Below are positions 36,871-46,264 of a DNA stretch of 64,000 nt, piece after piece. The notes under the pieces are model-generated. The model did not search any database, had not been told where the DNA came from, and worked only from the letters and a program-made list of their open reading frames with translations. Within the stretch, counting starts at the first letter, position 1. Each line of letters begins with the position of its first letter. Location: positions 30,424-94,423 of the forward strand of contig JAEYSE010000032.1 in NCBI GenBank assembly GCA_023435025.1, read 5' to 3'. The position numbers and the translations under genes are program-made. The stretch comes from Bacillota bacterium. Lineage in GTDB: Bacteria > Bacillota > Clostridia > Christensenellales > CAG-138.

Positions 36871-37665
36871 TTAGCGACCTCCTTTGCGCGTCGTTTTGAG
36901 GTTGGTATTCACGATCGCGCTTATATCCGTCTGGGAGCCGGGAATGATGCGGTAATTCTCCGGTCCATCCATCTTCTTTTCGATCAGCCGGAGTATGCGC
37001 GTGGTGGTAAACGTCAGCACAAAATAGATGACGGCCGCAACGGTGAACGCCTCAAAGAACTTATAGTATGTGCCCGCAACGGATTTTGCGGTAAAGAACA
37101 GTTCCGATACCGCAATGACGTTTAATACGGAGCTGTCCTTGATATTTACGACAAACTCATTGCCAATGGAAGGCATGATATTGCGTACCGCCTGCGGCAA
37201 CACGACATTGACCATGGTCTGCCAATGCGTCATGCCGAGTGAATGCGCGCCCTCCGTCTGGCCGCTGTCCACCGAGATGATACCACCTCTTATAATTTCC
37301 GCCATGTACGCGCCTGTGTTAATGGAAATGACGATGATGGCTGCTGTGGTGGACGCAAGGTCAATCCCCATATACTGCATCGCGCCATAGAAAATGACCA
37401 CGGCTTGCACGATCATCGGCGTACCGCGGAACACTTCAATGTAAGCGGATAATATGAACCGAAGGATATAAAGCAATATCCGTTTTACAATGTTATCATC
37501 CGGGTTGATCGGAATGGTTCTTAAAACCGCCACCAAAAGGCCGATCACAAAGCCAATGACGGTGCCCGTGATTGCCACCAGCATCGTCATTCCCGTTCCC
37601 CTGAGGAACAGCATTCCGTTTTCCTGCAATATAAATGCTATCCAGCCCCAAAATGTTGTAGGCAT
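36871..37665 (-). CDS. Amino-acid ABC transporter permease
   Basis: The 264-aa ORF is HisM/GlnP-like, with an EAA-loop region ([13 protein letters not shown]). Confidence 0.88.
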   Translation of the reverse strand: MPTTFWGWIAFILQENGMLFLRGTGMTMLVAITGTVIGFVIGLLVAVLRTIPINPDDNIVKRILLYILRFILSAYIEVFRGTPMIVQAVVIFYGAMQYMGIDLASTTAAIIVISINTGAYMAEIIRGGIISVDSGQTEGAHSLGMTHWQTMVNVVLPQAVRNIMPSIGNEFVVNIKDSSVLNVIAVSELFFTAKSVAGTYYKFFEAFTVAAVIYFVLTFTTTRILRLIEKKMDGPENYRIIPGSQTDISAIVNTNLKTTRKGGR

Positions 37666-37691
37666 TCATCCACTTCCCATCTGACGTATTC

Positions 37692-37720
37692 AAGGCCGGG
37701 CCCGAGAACGGCCCGGCCTT
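37692..37720 (-). other. Intercistronic 11-bp GC-rich stem-loop between the binding-protein and permease genes
   Basis: The stem is AAGGCCGGGCC / GGCCCGGCCTT, a perfect inverted repeat with a 7-nt loop. Confidence 0.7.
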
Positions 37721-37735
37721 GTCATTTCGTATTCT

Positions 37736-38638
37736 TTACTCGGAGAGCGGCTGCCTTGCAACAGCTTCATCCATCATCTGCTGGCGCTGCTCCTTGCTGA
37801 CGCCGGCAAGTATCTCGTTGATAGGCCCAACTAGTTCGCTGCCCTTGGGCAGGCCGACTGCGACCGCGACATCCTCGGGGGAAGCTTCAAAGCCCTGGCC
37901 CGCTTCAAACTGTATGAACGCGAGTTCCGGGTTGGAGGCAACAGCAGAGACCGCGCCCGGCCGCTCGGATACGTAGCCATCCACCTTGCCAGAAGTAAGC
38001 GCCACGATCATAGCGGGGAAGTTTTCCATGGGAGTCTGATGCTGGACTTCGGGGATCTGATCCACAACGGTATCATGGAATGTGTTCAGCTGGGCGACGA
38101 TCTTCGTGCCCTTGAAATCCGCAAGGCTCTTGGCGGCGGCAAGCGGGCTGTCCTTCTTGACGACGACCACAAGATCGCTCTCATAGTACGGATCGGTAAA
38201 ATCAATTGTGATCGCGCGCTCTGCGGTGGGGCTCATACCGGCGATGATAGCGTCGATCTTGCCGGAAATGAGCGCGGGCGGCAGGCCATCCCACTCGGTC
38301 TTGACGATGACAAGTTCACGGCCGAGCGCGTCGGCGATGAGTTTCGCCATCTGCACGTCATAACCATCCGCAAAGCCGCCTTCGGGGATGGGAACGGTTG
38401 TTTCGCTCTCATTTTGTTGTGTCCAGTTGAAGGGTGCGTAGTTGCATTCCAGGCCAACGCGGAAGGGTTCCTTGGCGGCAGGGGCTTCGGTAGCCGCGGG
38501 CGCTTCCGTCGCGGTGGCAGGGGCTTCGGTCGCCGCAGCGGGCGCTTCGGTTGCGGCGGGCGCCGCTACGGGTGCCGCGCAGGCAGCAAGCCCAAGGCAA
38601 AGTGCGAGCGCAAGCAGCAGGGCAATACTCTTCTTCAT
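37736..38638 (-). CDS. Amino-acid ABC transporter substrate-binding lipoprotein
   Basis: It has the lipobox LGLAAC and an Ala/Thr/Glu/Pro repeat linker (ATEAPAA x4). A type 3 SBP fold pattern follows (GLECNYAPFNW...). Confidence 0.88.
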   Translation of the reverse strand: MKKSIALLLALALCLGLAACAAPVAAPAATEAPAAATEAPATATEAPAATEAPAAKEPFRVGLECNYAPFNWTQQNESETTVPIPEGGFADGYDVQMAKLIADALGRELVIVKTEWDGLPPALISGKIDAIIAGMSPTAERAITIDFTDPYYESDLVVVVKKDSPLAAAKSLADFKGTKIVAQLNTFHDTVVDQIPEVQHQTPMENFPAMIVALTSGKVDGYVSERPGAVSAVASNPELAFIQFEAGQGFEASPEDVAVAVGLPKGSELVGPINEILAGVSKEQRQQMMDEAVARQPLSE

Positions 38639-38670
38639 TGTGGTTCCTCCTGTAATTTTAATATTTTTGG

Positions 38671-38920
38671 AAAAATAAAACGGCCGGAGCGATTACTCCA
38701 GCCGCTAGGTAGACATTTCCCTGTGCGAACTGATGAATAGCGCTCCACAGCGCCAACATGCGCTGCGACAGTCGGCAGGATATTCTCCTGCAAACCAGCA
38801 ACATACCGCCCAAGCCGATACCCTGCTTCGGCAAGTTCCCCTTTCACAAAGCCTCTTCGCCCCTTGAGCGGCTCCGCCCTGCTACTGTTGAAACCTGCGC
38901 CTCTATCCTTCTATGACCCG
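38671..38920 (-). promoter_or_regulatory. Lysine riboswitch (L-box) with an intrinsic terminator
   Basis: The reverse strand reads ATAGAGGCGC...CAACAGTA...GTGAAAGGGGA...GCCGAAGC...GCTGG...CTGTC. This matches the order and sequence of the conserved L-box blocks of B. subtilis lysC. The terminator is CGGCTGGAG/CTCCGGCCG plus TTTTATTTTT (38671-38704). Confidence 0.85.
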
Positions 38921-38943
38921 CAACTCACATTGCGGTTTAAGTC

Positions 38944-38972
38944 ATTATGATACAGGAGCCATCAAAAGTCAA
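38944..38972 (-). promoter_or_regulatory. Sigma-A promoter for the L-box leader
   Basis: The reverse strand reads TTGACT, a 17-nt spacer, then CATAAT. Confidence 0.7.
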
Positions 38973-39027
38973 TACAAAACCTCTGCCATAAATAAAAGAA
39001 TGTATCGTTAACCTTGGCGCACCATAC

Positions 39028-40596
39028 CTACGCCAAATCGATGTCATGCAGTATCCCCCTGCTGAAGAAAACAATCAGCATGGAGATAAGTATGTTCCAT
39101 CCGATGAAAAGGAAGTACGTGAGCAACCCGGGAATGCTTTCGCTTAGAATCATGGAAACAATCATTCCCGGCATAACCAGCAACAGAAGTATGACGATAT
39201 ACACGGTCATCACGAGTGCTTTATTTTTAGAGGGCCCCAGCACGCGCTCCACAATCAGCATCCCCGCCATATACAGCAGGGAAATGCTTGCATAGCACAG
39301 AACAGCCGCAACGCCTTCCAGGAACGTCCCGTGATACAGCAACACGCCGAGTATTGCGAATAGTACGCCGTCAACAAGCGCCTTTTCTATCTGTGGCAGT
39401 AGCACCGCCATCAGCTTGCTCCAGGCGTTTGCGGGTGCAAGATACAATACGGGATACTGAAGTTCCCTTGCAATGCCACCTGTCATGTTCAAGAATATCA
39501 TCATCCAGACGCTCATGTTGAGCACGCCCCATAGCCAACCGCTTTCGATCGCTTCCTTGGGCAGGAACAGCAGGCCCATGATGGGGCCAGCAAACGCGCC
39601 GAGCGAATAGAGGTCGACCACAAATATGCCGCTGCGCGACTGCTCCCGCAGGATACGGCCCGTAAAAGCGAGCGCGCCTGTGCCGTACAGCGGCCCTTTG
39701 TCCCGTACGATTTTTGCGCTGACCTCTCCCTGTGAGGAAGTAAAGCGGCCCGCCTTTGCGTCCTCCTGTTTCTGATTGGCGCGTTCCGCTGCGAGTAGAA
39801 CATCCTCAAAATAATCCATATGGGTGCGCTGCAGCAGCAGCGCGCACACCAGCGTGCCAAGGAGGATCAATACAAAGTAGAGCACGGCCCCGGTCCATTG
39901 GTAACTTGCAAAACATACGGCAAGCCCGCGCACCCAACCGACAAACGGAAAATAGTTCCACGCATCCGCGCTAAAGTACATAGTCAGCGCGGTCTGCAAG
40001 TCTCCCTTGCCGGGCATGAACAGAAAAAAGCCGCCCACAATGCCAATACAGATCAGAGAAAGCGCGTAATTGACATAGTTGCGCCGTTTAGAAGACCCTG
40101 CGCAAAATGCATACAAAAGGGCGGACAATATCTGCGAGGCGAAGCCGATGAGCGCGTAGGAGGCCATAAGCCCTAGCAGCGCATAGCCGTCCAGACCCGC
40201 CGCGTTGCGCATATTGGGGTATTGGAATATCATGAAAACCGAAGCCGCAAGCAGTATGCCCGCCTGCTTCAAAATGCCGCCCACCAGAATTTTTCTTGGG
40301 CTGATTGGCGCAACAAACATAAAGTTGACGTCCGCCATGGAAAAAAGCGCCGTCCCCTGCTTAAGCCCCGTCATGACGGAAATTCCGGCAATGAAGAAGA
40401 ACACGCCGAATAGTATGGCGGAATACCCTGAAATCACCTTTTCTTTGGGCGCTTCGCCGGAAACACCCAGGCCGAAGATCATGTAGCCGACAAACCCCAG
40501 CAACAGCAGGTACAAAACCAGTATGAGCGGTTTTTTGAGCACCAGCAAAAAGCGATTTTTTAGCGACCGAAGCCACAGATAGACGATCGCTCTCAT
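39028..40596 (-). CDS. Polytopic membrane component of an ABC exporter (putative ABC-exporter permease)
   Basis: The 522-aa ORF has about 12 hydrophobic segments. It overlaps the upstream ABC ATPase gene by 4 nt. Confidence 0.7.
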   Translation of the reverse strand: MRAIVYLWLRSLKNRFLLVLKKPLILVLYLLLLGFVGYMIFGLGVSGEAPKEKVISGYSAILFGVFFFIAGISVMTGLKQGTALFSMADVNFMFVAPISPRKILVGGILKQAGILLAASVFMIFQYPNMRNAAGLDGYALLGLMASYALIGFASQILSALLYAFCAGSSKRRNYVNYALSLICIGIVGGFFLFMPGKGDLQTALTMYFSADAWNYFPFVGWVRGLAVCFASYQWTGAVLYFVLILLGTLVCALLLQRTHMDYFEDVLLAAERANQKQEDAKAGRFTSSQGEVSAKIVRDKGPLYGTGALAFTGRILREQSRSGIFVVDLYSLGAFAGPIMGLLFLPKEAIESGWLWGVLNMSVWMMIFLNMTGGIARELQYPVLYLAPANAWSKLMAVLLPQIEKALVDGVLFAILGVLLYHGTFLEGVAAVLCYASISLLYMAGMLIVERVLGPSKNKALVMTVYIVILLLLVMPGMIVSMILSESIPGLLTYFLFIGWNILISMLIVFFSRGILHDIDLA

Positions 40597-41297
40597 TTTT
40601 GGCCCTCCGTGATGGAGAAGAACAATTCTTCAAGCTGTTCCCCACTTTCGCTCATGTCCTCCCTGTTGCGTTCCGCAGCGATGCGGCCGTTCTTCATGAT
40701 TAAAAGCCTGTCCCAGATTTCCTCTGCGCTGTTGAGTAGATGGGTTGAGAGCAATATGGCCGCGCCGCGCTGCTTTTCTTCTACAAGAACCTCCTTTAAC
40801 ACCTTGATGGCATGCGGATCAAGCCCTACCATGGGTTCATCCACCAAGATCGCTAAGGGTTCGGGGAGCAGCGCACAACACAGGCTGACCTTTTGCTGCA
40901 TGCCCTTGCTCAGCTCCCGACCGACCTTTTTTTCATGCTCCAAAAGCTCAAAGCGTTCAAGCAGCAATTTCGCCCTGTCACGCCACCGTTCTTCCAAAGA
41001 ATATGCGCGTGCGATGAACTCCATATGCTCTGCGATTGTCAGCATACCGTATACCGCCGGGGTTTCGGGTACATAGCCCAATACGCGCTTTGCCTCAATG
41101 CTTTTGTTCGGCTTCCCGGCCACCGTTACACTGCCCTGATACCGTAACAGCCCCGCCATTGCCTTGATGGCGGTGGACTTTCCCGCGCCGTTTGGCCCCG
41201 CAAGCACAGTAAGCGTTTCATATGGGACAGTAAAGCTCAACTGGTCGTTCGCAAGCACTTTTCCGTATTTTTTGGTCAACCCTTCCACAACAAACAT
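40593..41297 (-). CDS. ABC transporter ATP-binding protein (ABC-2 type)
   Basis: It has GPNGAGKST, LSKGMQQKV and LVDEP. Confidence 0.88.
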   Translation of the reverse strand: MFVVEGLTKKYGKVLANDQLSFTVPYETLTVLAGPNGAGKSTAIKAMAGLLRYQGSVTVAGKPNKSIEAKRVLGYVPETPAVYGMLTIAEHMEFIARAYSLEERWRDRAKLLLERFELLEHEKKVGRELSKGMQQKVSLCCALLPEPLAILVDEPMVGLDPHAIKVLKEVLVEEKQRGAAILLSTHLLNSAEEIWDRLLIMKNGRIAAERNREDMSESGEQLEELFFSITEGQK

Positions 41298-41421
41298 CGT
41301 GACACCGCCTTTAGCCTTCTTTTTCTAATTCCGGTTAAGTATACCACAAATTGTATTAGTGCGTATGTCCGATTGTCAAAAATCGTATGCCCAATCCGCC
41401 TTTTACCGGTGCCGCCGCTTC

Positions 41422-41449
41422 ACCAACGCCGCCGCTCCCGCATACCATA
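41422..41449 (+). promoter_or_regulatory. Possible mother-cell (sigma-K-like) promoter for cotJ
   Basis: It reads AC, a 17-nt spacer, then CATACCATA. This fits the AC-17-CATAnnnTA consensus as I recall it. It is by-eye only. Confidence 0.3.
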
Positions 41450-41521
41450 ACAGCAGAAGCCGGCCGTAAAAACGCACATCTACGCGGCCGAACGCCGATC
41501 CAAACAAGGAGGAACACCCAT

Positions 41522-41788
41522 ATGTATCAAAACCAGAATACGATGGGTAGCTGCTGCTTCAAACCATGCGGCTGCCAATTAAATCCTTTGGATGTGAAGA
41601 ACACGCTGCTTGCGGGCAATGTCTGCGAAACCAGCAGAGCATGTGGAATCACATCCAAGGAGGAGCCAGGATGCTTACTCGCGACCGCATTCATCGCAAA
41701 ACAGGATTACAAAGCAGGTTACTGTCCAAATGAAGCCCTGTGCCAGGGTACGATGTTCCCGGAACTTTTGCGCCCGTACTTGCGTTAG
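41522..41788 (+). CDS. cotJA: Spore coat-associated protein CotJA
   Basis: The start is set at MYQNQN after AGGAGGA. The C-terminus (ATAFIAKQDYKAGYCPNEALCQGTMFPELLRPY) matches the CotJA signature. Confidence 0.85.
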   Translation: MYQNQNTMGSCCFKPCGCQLNPLDVKNTLLAGNVCETSRACGITSKEEPGCLLATAFIAKQDYKAGYCPNEALCQGTMFPELLRPYLR

Positions 41789-41798
41789 GAGGCCCAAC

Positions 41799-42047
41799 AT
41801 GGATGCGAAGCAACATGCTCTTCTGATGAAGATCAGCGAATGCGAATTTGTGTGCGTAGAACTCAATTTATACCTCAATACGCATCCCAAGGATAAGGAT
41901 GCGCGCGCTGATTATTTCTGCTACTCGAAAAAGCTTGCGGAATTGATCACCAAATACGAACAGTGCTATGGACCCTTGCTTGGCTTTGGCCATTCCCCCA
42001 CGGATGTGGGGTGCTGGGTTTGTTCACCATGGCCGTGGCAAATGTAA
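41799..42047 (+). CDS. cotJB: Spore coat protein CotJB
   Basis: MDAKQHALLMKISECEFVCVELNLYLNTHP...YEQCYGPL...WPWQ fits the CotJB pattern. TAGGAGG lies upstream. Confidence 0.88.
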   Translation: MDAKQHALLMKISECEFVCVELNLYLNTHPKDKDARADYFCYSKKLAELITKYEQCYGPLLGFGHSPTDVGCWVCSPWPWQM

Positions 42048-42059
42048 GGAGGCTCTGCT

Positions 42060-42163
42060 ATGTGGATCTATGAAAAGAAACTGCAATACCCTGTTAACAT
42101 CTGCTCGCCCGATGTAAGAATGGCTAAATTGCTCATGGCACAATATGGCGGCCCTGATTCGGA
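42060..42163 (+). pseudogene. cotJC: cotJC 5' segment (codons 1-34 plus 2 nt), interrupted by the element
   Basis: MWIYEKKLQYPVNICSPDVRMAKLLMAQYGGPDSE matches the CotJC N-terminus. After 42163 the reading frame continues into unrelated sequence (LSGYKPHKCG...) and stops at 42251. Confidence 0.85.
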
Positions 42164-42183
42164 GCTATCCGGTTACAAACCAC
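42141..42183 (+). other. attL junction with GA core at 42162-42163 and the element-side half-site GGTTACAAACCAC (42171-42183)
   Basis: See the findings. The half-site is the inverted repeat of GTGGTTTGTGACC at the other end. Both lie 7 nt from GA. Confidence 0.75.
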
Positions 42184-42369
42184 ATAAATGCGGGACAAGC
42201 CAAAGGATCAGTGTAAGACTTGGCTTGGCTGGTATGAGCAGAATAAAATGAACAAAAGATATCATTCATATTCCGGTTGGGCAGGCGACTACTTTCATGA
42301 TTTCGGACTTATTGGGTGGGGAGCTTTTCCTCATCTTTTTTTATCTCCTGTCAAAGAAAGGAAGACCAT

Positions 42370-43350
42370 ATGCAGTTTTTTCTATTGATTTTAGGTCTTG
42401 CAATGATTGTGAAGAGCGCGGATGTGCTCATTGACTCCTCATCCAGAATTGCACGCAGGTATGGGGTTTCCTCATTTGTTATCGGATTAACGGTTGTTGC
42501 CTTCGGCACAAGCGCGCCGGAACTCGCGGTAGGGATTGTTTCGGGTATCGCCCGCACAAACCAATTGACGCTTGGGAATATTGTAGGGAGCTCGCTTTCC
42601 AACATCGCTCTCATTGTCGGAATATCATCCATCATCATGCCGCTTCGGGTAAGGGATGCCGTAGCAAAGCGAGAAATGCCCATGTTAATTGGAATCGAGC
42701 TCATTCTTTGCGCCATGATGCTTTTTGACAACGTCTTGTCTAGACTGGATGGCGTGTTCCTGCTGCTTGGTTTTGCCGGATTTATGGCATATATCATCCG
42801 CGACACAAAGAGTTCCACGCAGCCCGAACTCGATAAGGACAACAATATCGATACCGACGGCGAAAGGAACCAGCTTCCAAACAAAAAGAAAGAATCCAGC
42901 ATGGGCAAGCTCTGGCTCTTTTCGGCGCTTTCTCTGGCGGGATTGTTTTTGGGCGGAAAACTGACGGTGGACAGCAGCACGCAGATTGCGCAATCCTTTG
43001 GGTTAAGCGAAACACTCATCGGCCTTACTGTGGTATCGCTTGCCACTACCATGCCCGAGCTCATCACAAGCATTATGGCCGCAGTAAAAAAGGAACCGGA
43101 TATTGTGCTTGGCAACTGCATCGGCAGTAATATATTCAATATCTTGCTCGTGCTTGGTTTTTCCTCCGCCATCTCTCCTATTCCGGTGGAAAGCAGCCTG
43201 ATTTTGGATGCTGCAGCAATGGGAATCGTAACGATATTCTTATTTATTGTCTCTATCATTCAAAAGCAGATCCGGCGGGGTACCGGTATCCTGTTGCTTA
43301 TAAGCTATGTTGGATATCTTTCTTATAAGATTGCTACCGCTTTCATTTAA
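42370..43350 (+). CDS. Ca2+/Na+ antiporter (CaCA / YrbG family)
   Basis: The start is set at MQFFLLILGL. Two alpha-repeat motifs are present (GTSAPELAVG and ATTMPELITS). Confidence 0.85.
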   Translation: MQFFLLILGLAMIVKSADVLIDSSSRIARRYGVSSFVIGLTVVAFGTSAPELAVGIVSGIARTNQLTLGNIVGSSLSNIALIVGISSIIMPLRVRDAVAKREMPMLIGIELILCAMMLFDNVLSRLDGVFLLLGFAGFMAYIIRDTKSSTQPELDKDNNIDTDGERNQLPNKKKESSMGKLWLFSALSLAGLFLGGKLTVDSSTQIAQSFGLSETLIGLTVVSLATTMPELITSIMAAVKKEPDIVLGNCIGSNIFNILLVLGFSSAISPIPVESSLILDAAAMGIVTIFLFIVSIIQKQIRRGTGILLLISYVGYLSYKIATAFI

Positions 43351-43479
43351 CCCAACAACACAATGGATGCCCCACAGGCACTCCTTTTTTACTTTACGCT
43401 TTTACCCGCTAACGTAGGCCCTCAGAACGAGGAAGACATTGAATTGCTCCGCCTCAATGTGCTATGGTGAAAAAAATGG

Positions 43480-44637
43480 ATGGCGGGTGAACCCATGAAT
43501 GTTGAAGTATCCATAGCGCCCTGCGAGGACTATGACCTCAAAAAAGTAAAAAGCGCAATTCAGGCGGCGCTCCGGCCCATCAACGGGCTTGATTGGGTAA
43601 CGCCCGGCATGAAAATCGCCGTGAAAGCGAATTTGATGATGCGGTCAAAGCCGGAAAAGGCGGCGACCGTACACCCGCAAGTTGCAGTGGCATTGTGTGA
43701 GCTTCTGATTGAAAAGCAGGCAAATGTGGTCCTTGGGGACAGCCCGGGCGGCCCTTTTCACCCGGGCTATTTGGCGTCCGTGTACGCAGGTACGGGGATG
43801 ACTGAAGTGCTCAAAACCGGCGCTACGCTAAACCATGACTGCACTTATGAGGAGGTATCCTATCCGGACGCCGTTACTGCAAAGACATTCCAGATCACCA
43901 AGTATCTTTTGGATGTAGACGCCATTATCGATTTGTGCAAGATAAAGACGCATGGCCTGATGGCATATACCGGCGCATGCAAGAATTTCTTTGGCGCTGT
44001 TCCCGGTATGCATAAGTCCGAATACCACTACAAGTACCAGACACACGAGACGTTTGCCAATATGCTTGTGGATATCTGCGAGTGGTGTAAGCCCCGCTTA
44101 TGCATTGCCGACGCCGTAATGGCCATGGAGGGAAACGGCCCGTCCGGCGGGGCGCCACGCTTTATGGGCGCAATTCTTGCCGCTTTTAATCCGCATGCGC
44201 TTGATCTGGCCGCCGCACACCTGCTGAACCTTGGCTCAAAGGATGTTCCGACGTTGCATGCAGCGTATCAGCGCGGCCTCATTCCGCAAAGTGTTTCTGA
44301 GCTCTCCATTCACGGCGATATATCCCGGTTTGTCATACCCGATTTTCAGCTGACTCCGAAGCACGATGTCCAATTGTGGGGATCAAAAAACAAAACCATT
44401 GCGAAGCTATTGTCCAAAATGTTTGCGAGCCGGCCTGCGATAAACCTGAAAAGATGCATCGGATGTGCAGAGTGCCAGAAAGTCTGCCCTGCCCAAGCGA
44501 TTACCATGGTAAATCAAACAGCAAGAATTCAAAAAGATAGGTGCGTGCGCTGCTTTTGCTGCCAGGAGTTTTGTCCCAAAGGAGTTATCAGCGTGCACCG
44601 GCCATATGTTGCGCGCATCATGGATAGTCAAAGATAA
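43480..44637 (+). CDS. DUF362-domain protein with a C-terminal 2x[4Fe-4S] ferredoxin domain
   Basis: It has IAVKANLM...HPQVAVAL...VLGDSPGG (DUF362 pattern), plus CIGCAECQKVCP and CVRCFCCQEFCP. Confidence 0.75.
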   Translation: MAGEPMNVEVSIAPCEDYDLKKVKSAIQAALRPINGLDWVTPGMKIAVKANLMMRSKPEKAATVHPQVAVALCELLIEKQANVVLGDSPGGPFHPGYLASVYAGTGMTEVLKTGATLNHDCTYEEVSYPDAVTAKTFQITKYLLDVDAIIDLCKIKTHGLMAYTGACKNFFGAVPGMHKSEYHYKYQTHETFANMLVDICEWCKPRLCIADAVMAMEGNGPSGGAPRFMGAILAAFNPHALDLAAAHLLNLGSKDVPTLHAAYQRGLIPQSVSELSIHGDISRFVIPDFQLTPKHDVQLWGSKNKTIAKLLSKMFASRPAINLKRCIGCAECQKVCPAQAITMVNQTARIQKDRCVRCFCCQEFCPKGVISVHRPYVARIMDSQR

Positions 44638-44879
44638 CCTCATAAAAAAAGGAACACAAAAGCGAGGCCATATGCGTCGCTTTTCTTTTTTACAGCGAGC
44701 AAAATGTCAGCCTGTCCCACGCCTGGTATATTAATCCTTTTCGCCAAACCGCCCGATATTTTGAAAGAATAGGGTTGCCCCTCATTGCAGGTATTTGTTA
44801 TGATAATAGGGAAAGGCATTTGTTGTGCAACAACTTATACCTCGTTAATTTTCTGACAACAGGAAGAGCAGGTGAAATA

Positions 44880-46214
44880 ATGAAAGCCCATCCTTTTGCC
44901 GGCGGCGTGCATCCACTCAAATCATCCCATCATGGCAAGACACTCTCCAACGAAAGCGCCATCTCCGTCATGCCCGCGCCGGACATTGTGGCAATCCCCA
45001 TGGTACGGGTCACGGGCGCGCCATGTACCCCGCTTGTGAAGAAAGGGGACAGCGTGAAACTGGGGCAGTGTATCGGTAGAAGCGAAAGTTATGTGAGTGC
45101 ACCCATACACGCCAGCGTCTCCGGTACGGTAATCGCCGTGGAAAACCGGCCGCACCCCACGGGGAAAAGTCTCGTGCTTTCGGTAGTAATCCGAAACGAC
45201 CATCTCGACACCAAAGATGAAAGCTACGCACCGCCAGAAAACATAGATGCTCTGAGCGGGCCCCAACTCATATCGATCATTCGTGAAAAAGGTATTGTCG
45301 GCTTAGGTGGCGCCACGTTCCCTACACATGTCAAGCTTACCATTCCCAAAGACAAAAAAGTCGACGTATTGATCGCGAATGGGGCGGAATGCGAGCCGTA
45401 CCTTACGGCGGACGATCGCCTGTTGCAGGAGCATGCCGAAAACGTCATCGCGGGCATGCGGTTCGTGATGCGCGCGCTTCAAGTCAAGCAGGCATTTGTC
45501 GGCATTGAAGGGAACAAACTTCGGGCCATACGCGCCATGCGCGAGGCGGCGAAGGGCACGCCAATTGAAGTATGTCCGCTACGCGTCAAATACCCGCAAG
45601 GCGGAGAAAAGCAATTGATTTACGCCATCACCGGGCGGGAGGTCCCAAGCGGCGGCCTTCCGGCGGACGCGGGCTGCGTGGTGTTAAACGTCGGCACCTG
45701 CAACGCGATCTACGAGGCGGTTGCACTGGGCAAGCCGCTCCTTGAGCGCGTGGTAACTGTGACGGGTGGCGGCGTAAACACGCCCGGCAACCTCCTTGTA
45801 CGCATCGGCATAAGCTTCCGGGACTGCATCGCGTTCTGTGGCGGCATGGTAGAAGATACACAAAAGATACTTTCCGGCGGGCCTATGATGGGCATCGCGC
45901 AGTATACGGACGAAGTTCCGGTGATTGCAGGAACTTCGGGTATCCTGGTGCTTGCCGGGAAAGAAGCCCATGTACCGCCTGCCTCCCCCTGCATCCACTG
46001 CGGGCGCTGTTATCAAGTCTGCCCAGCGGGTTTGCAGCCCTATATCATTTCCGCAGCGGCAGACCGCAGTGACGCCGCGCAGGCGGCTTTGTTCCACGCG
46101 CTTGACTGCGTGGAGTGCGGCGCTTGCGCATATATCTGCCCCGCGCACAGGCAGCTTTTACAGAGCATGCGCCTTGCAAAGCTGAAAGTCCGCGGCGCGG
46201 CTATAAAGAAATAA
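44880..46214 (+). CDS. rnfC: Rnf complex subunit C
   Basis: The start is set at MKAHPFAGGVHP. It has GIVGLGGATFPTHVK, CIHCGRCYQVCP and CVECGACAYICP. Confidence 0.92.
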   Translation: MKAHPFAGGVHPLKSSHHGKTLSNESAISVMPAPDIVAIPMVRVTGAPCTPLVKKGDSVKLGQCIGRSESYVSAPIHASVSGTVIAVENRPHPTGKSLVLSVVIRNDHLDTKDESYAPPENIDALSGPQLISIIREKGIVGLGGATFPTHVKLTIPKDKKVDVLIANGAECEPYLTADDRLLQEHAENVIAGMRFVMRALQVKQAFVGIEGNKLRAIRAMREAAKGTPIEVCPLRVKYPQGGEKQLIYAITGREVPSGGLPADAGCVVLNVGTCNAIYEAVALGKPLLERVVTVTGGGVNTPGNLLVRIGISFRDCIAFCGGMVEDTQKILSGGPMMGIAQYTDEVPVIAGTSGILVLAGKEAHVPPASPCIHCGRCYQVCPAGLQPYIISAAADRSDAAQAALFHALDCVECGACAYICPAHRQLLQSMRLAKLKVRGAAIKK

Positions 46215-46264
46215 TCGGTAACATCCAAGTTCGCCTTATTCGGCATGTTCGGAGGTCATATGGC

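Noticed and set aside
41387-41521. N-terminal extensions of the cotJA (from 41387) and cotJB (from 41610) track ORFs
   Set aside because: Internal ATGs preceded by AGGAGGA and TAGGAGG give proteins matching the CotJA and CotJB families. The extensions are Pro/Arg-rich read-through of intergenic or out-of-frame DNA.
42188-42388. A 66-aa track ORF in the left end of the element
   Set aside because: It has no SD and overlaps the antiporter start region. The region more likely holds the attP arm and the antiporter promoter.
42351-43259. A 302-aa ORF antisense to the CaCA antiporter, with similar antisense ORFs at 49131-49829 (rnfB) and 38039-38740 (binding protein)
   Set aside because: The sense-strand genes have unambiguous family signatures. 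The antisense products are low-complexity.
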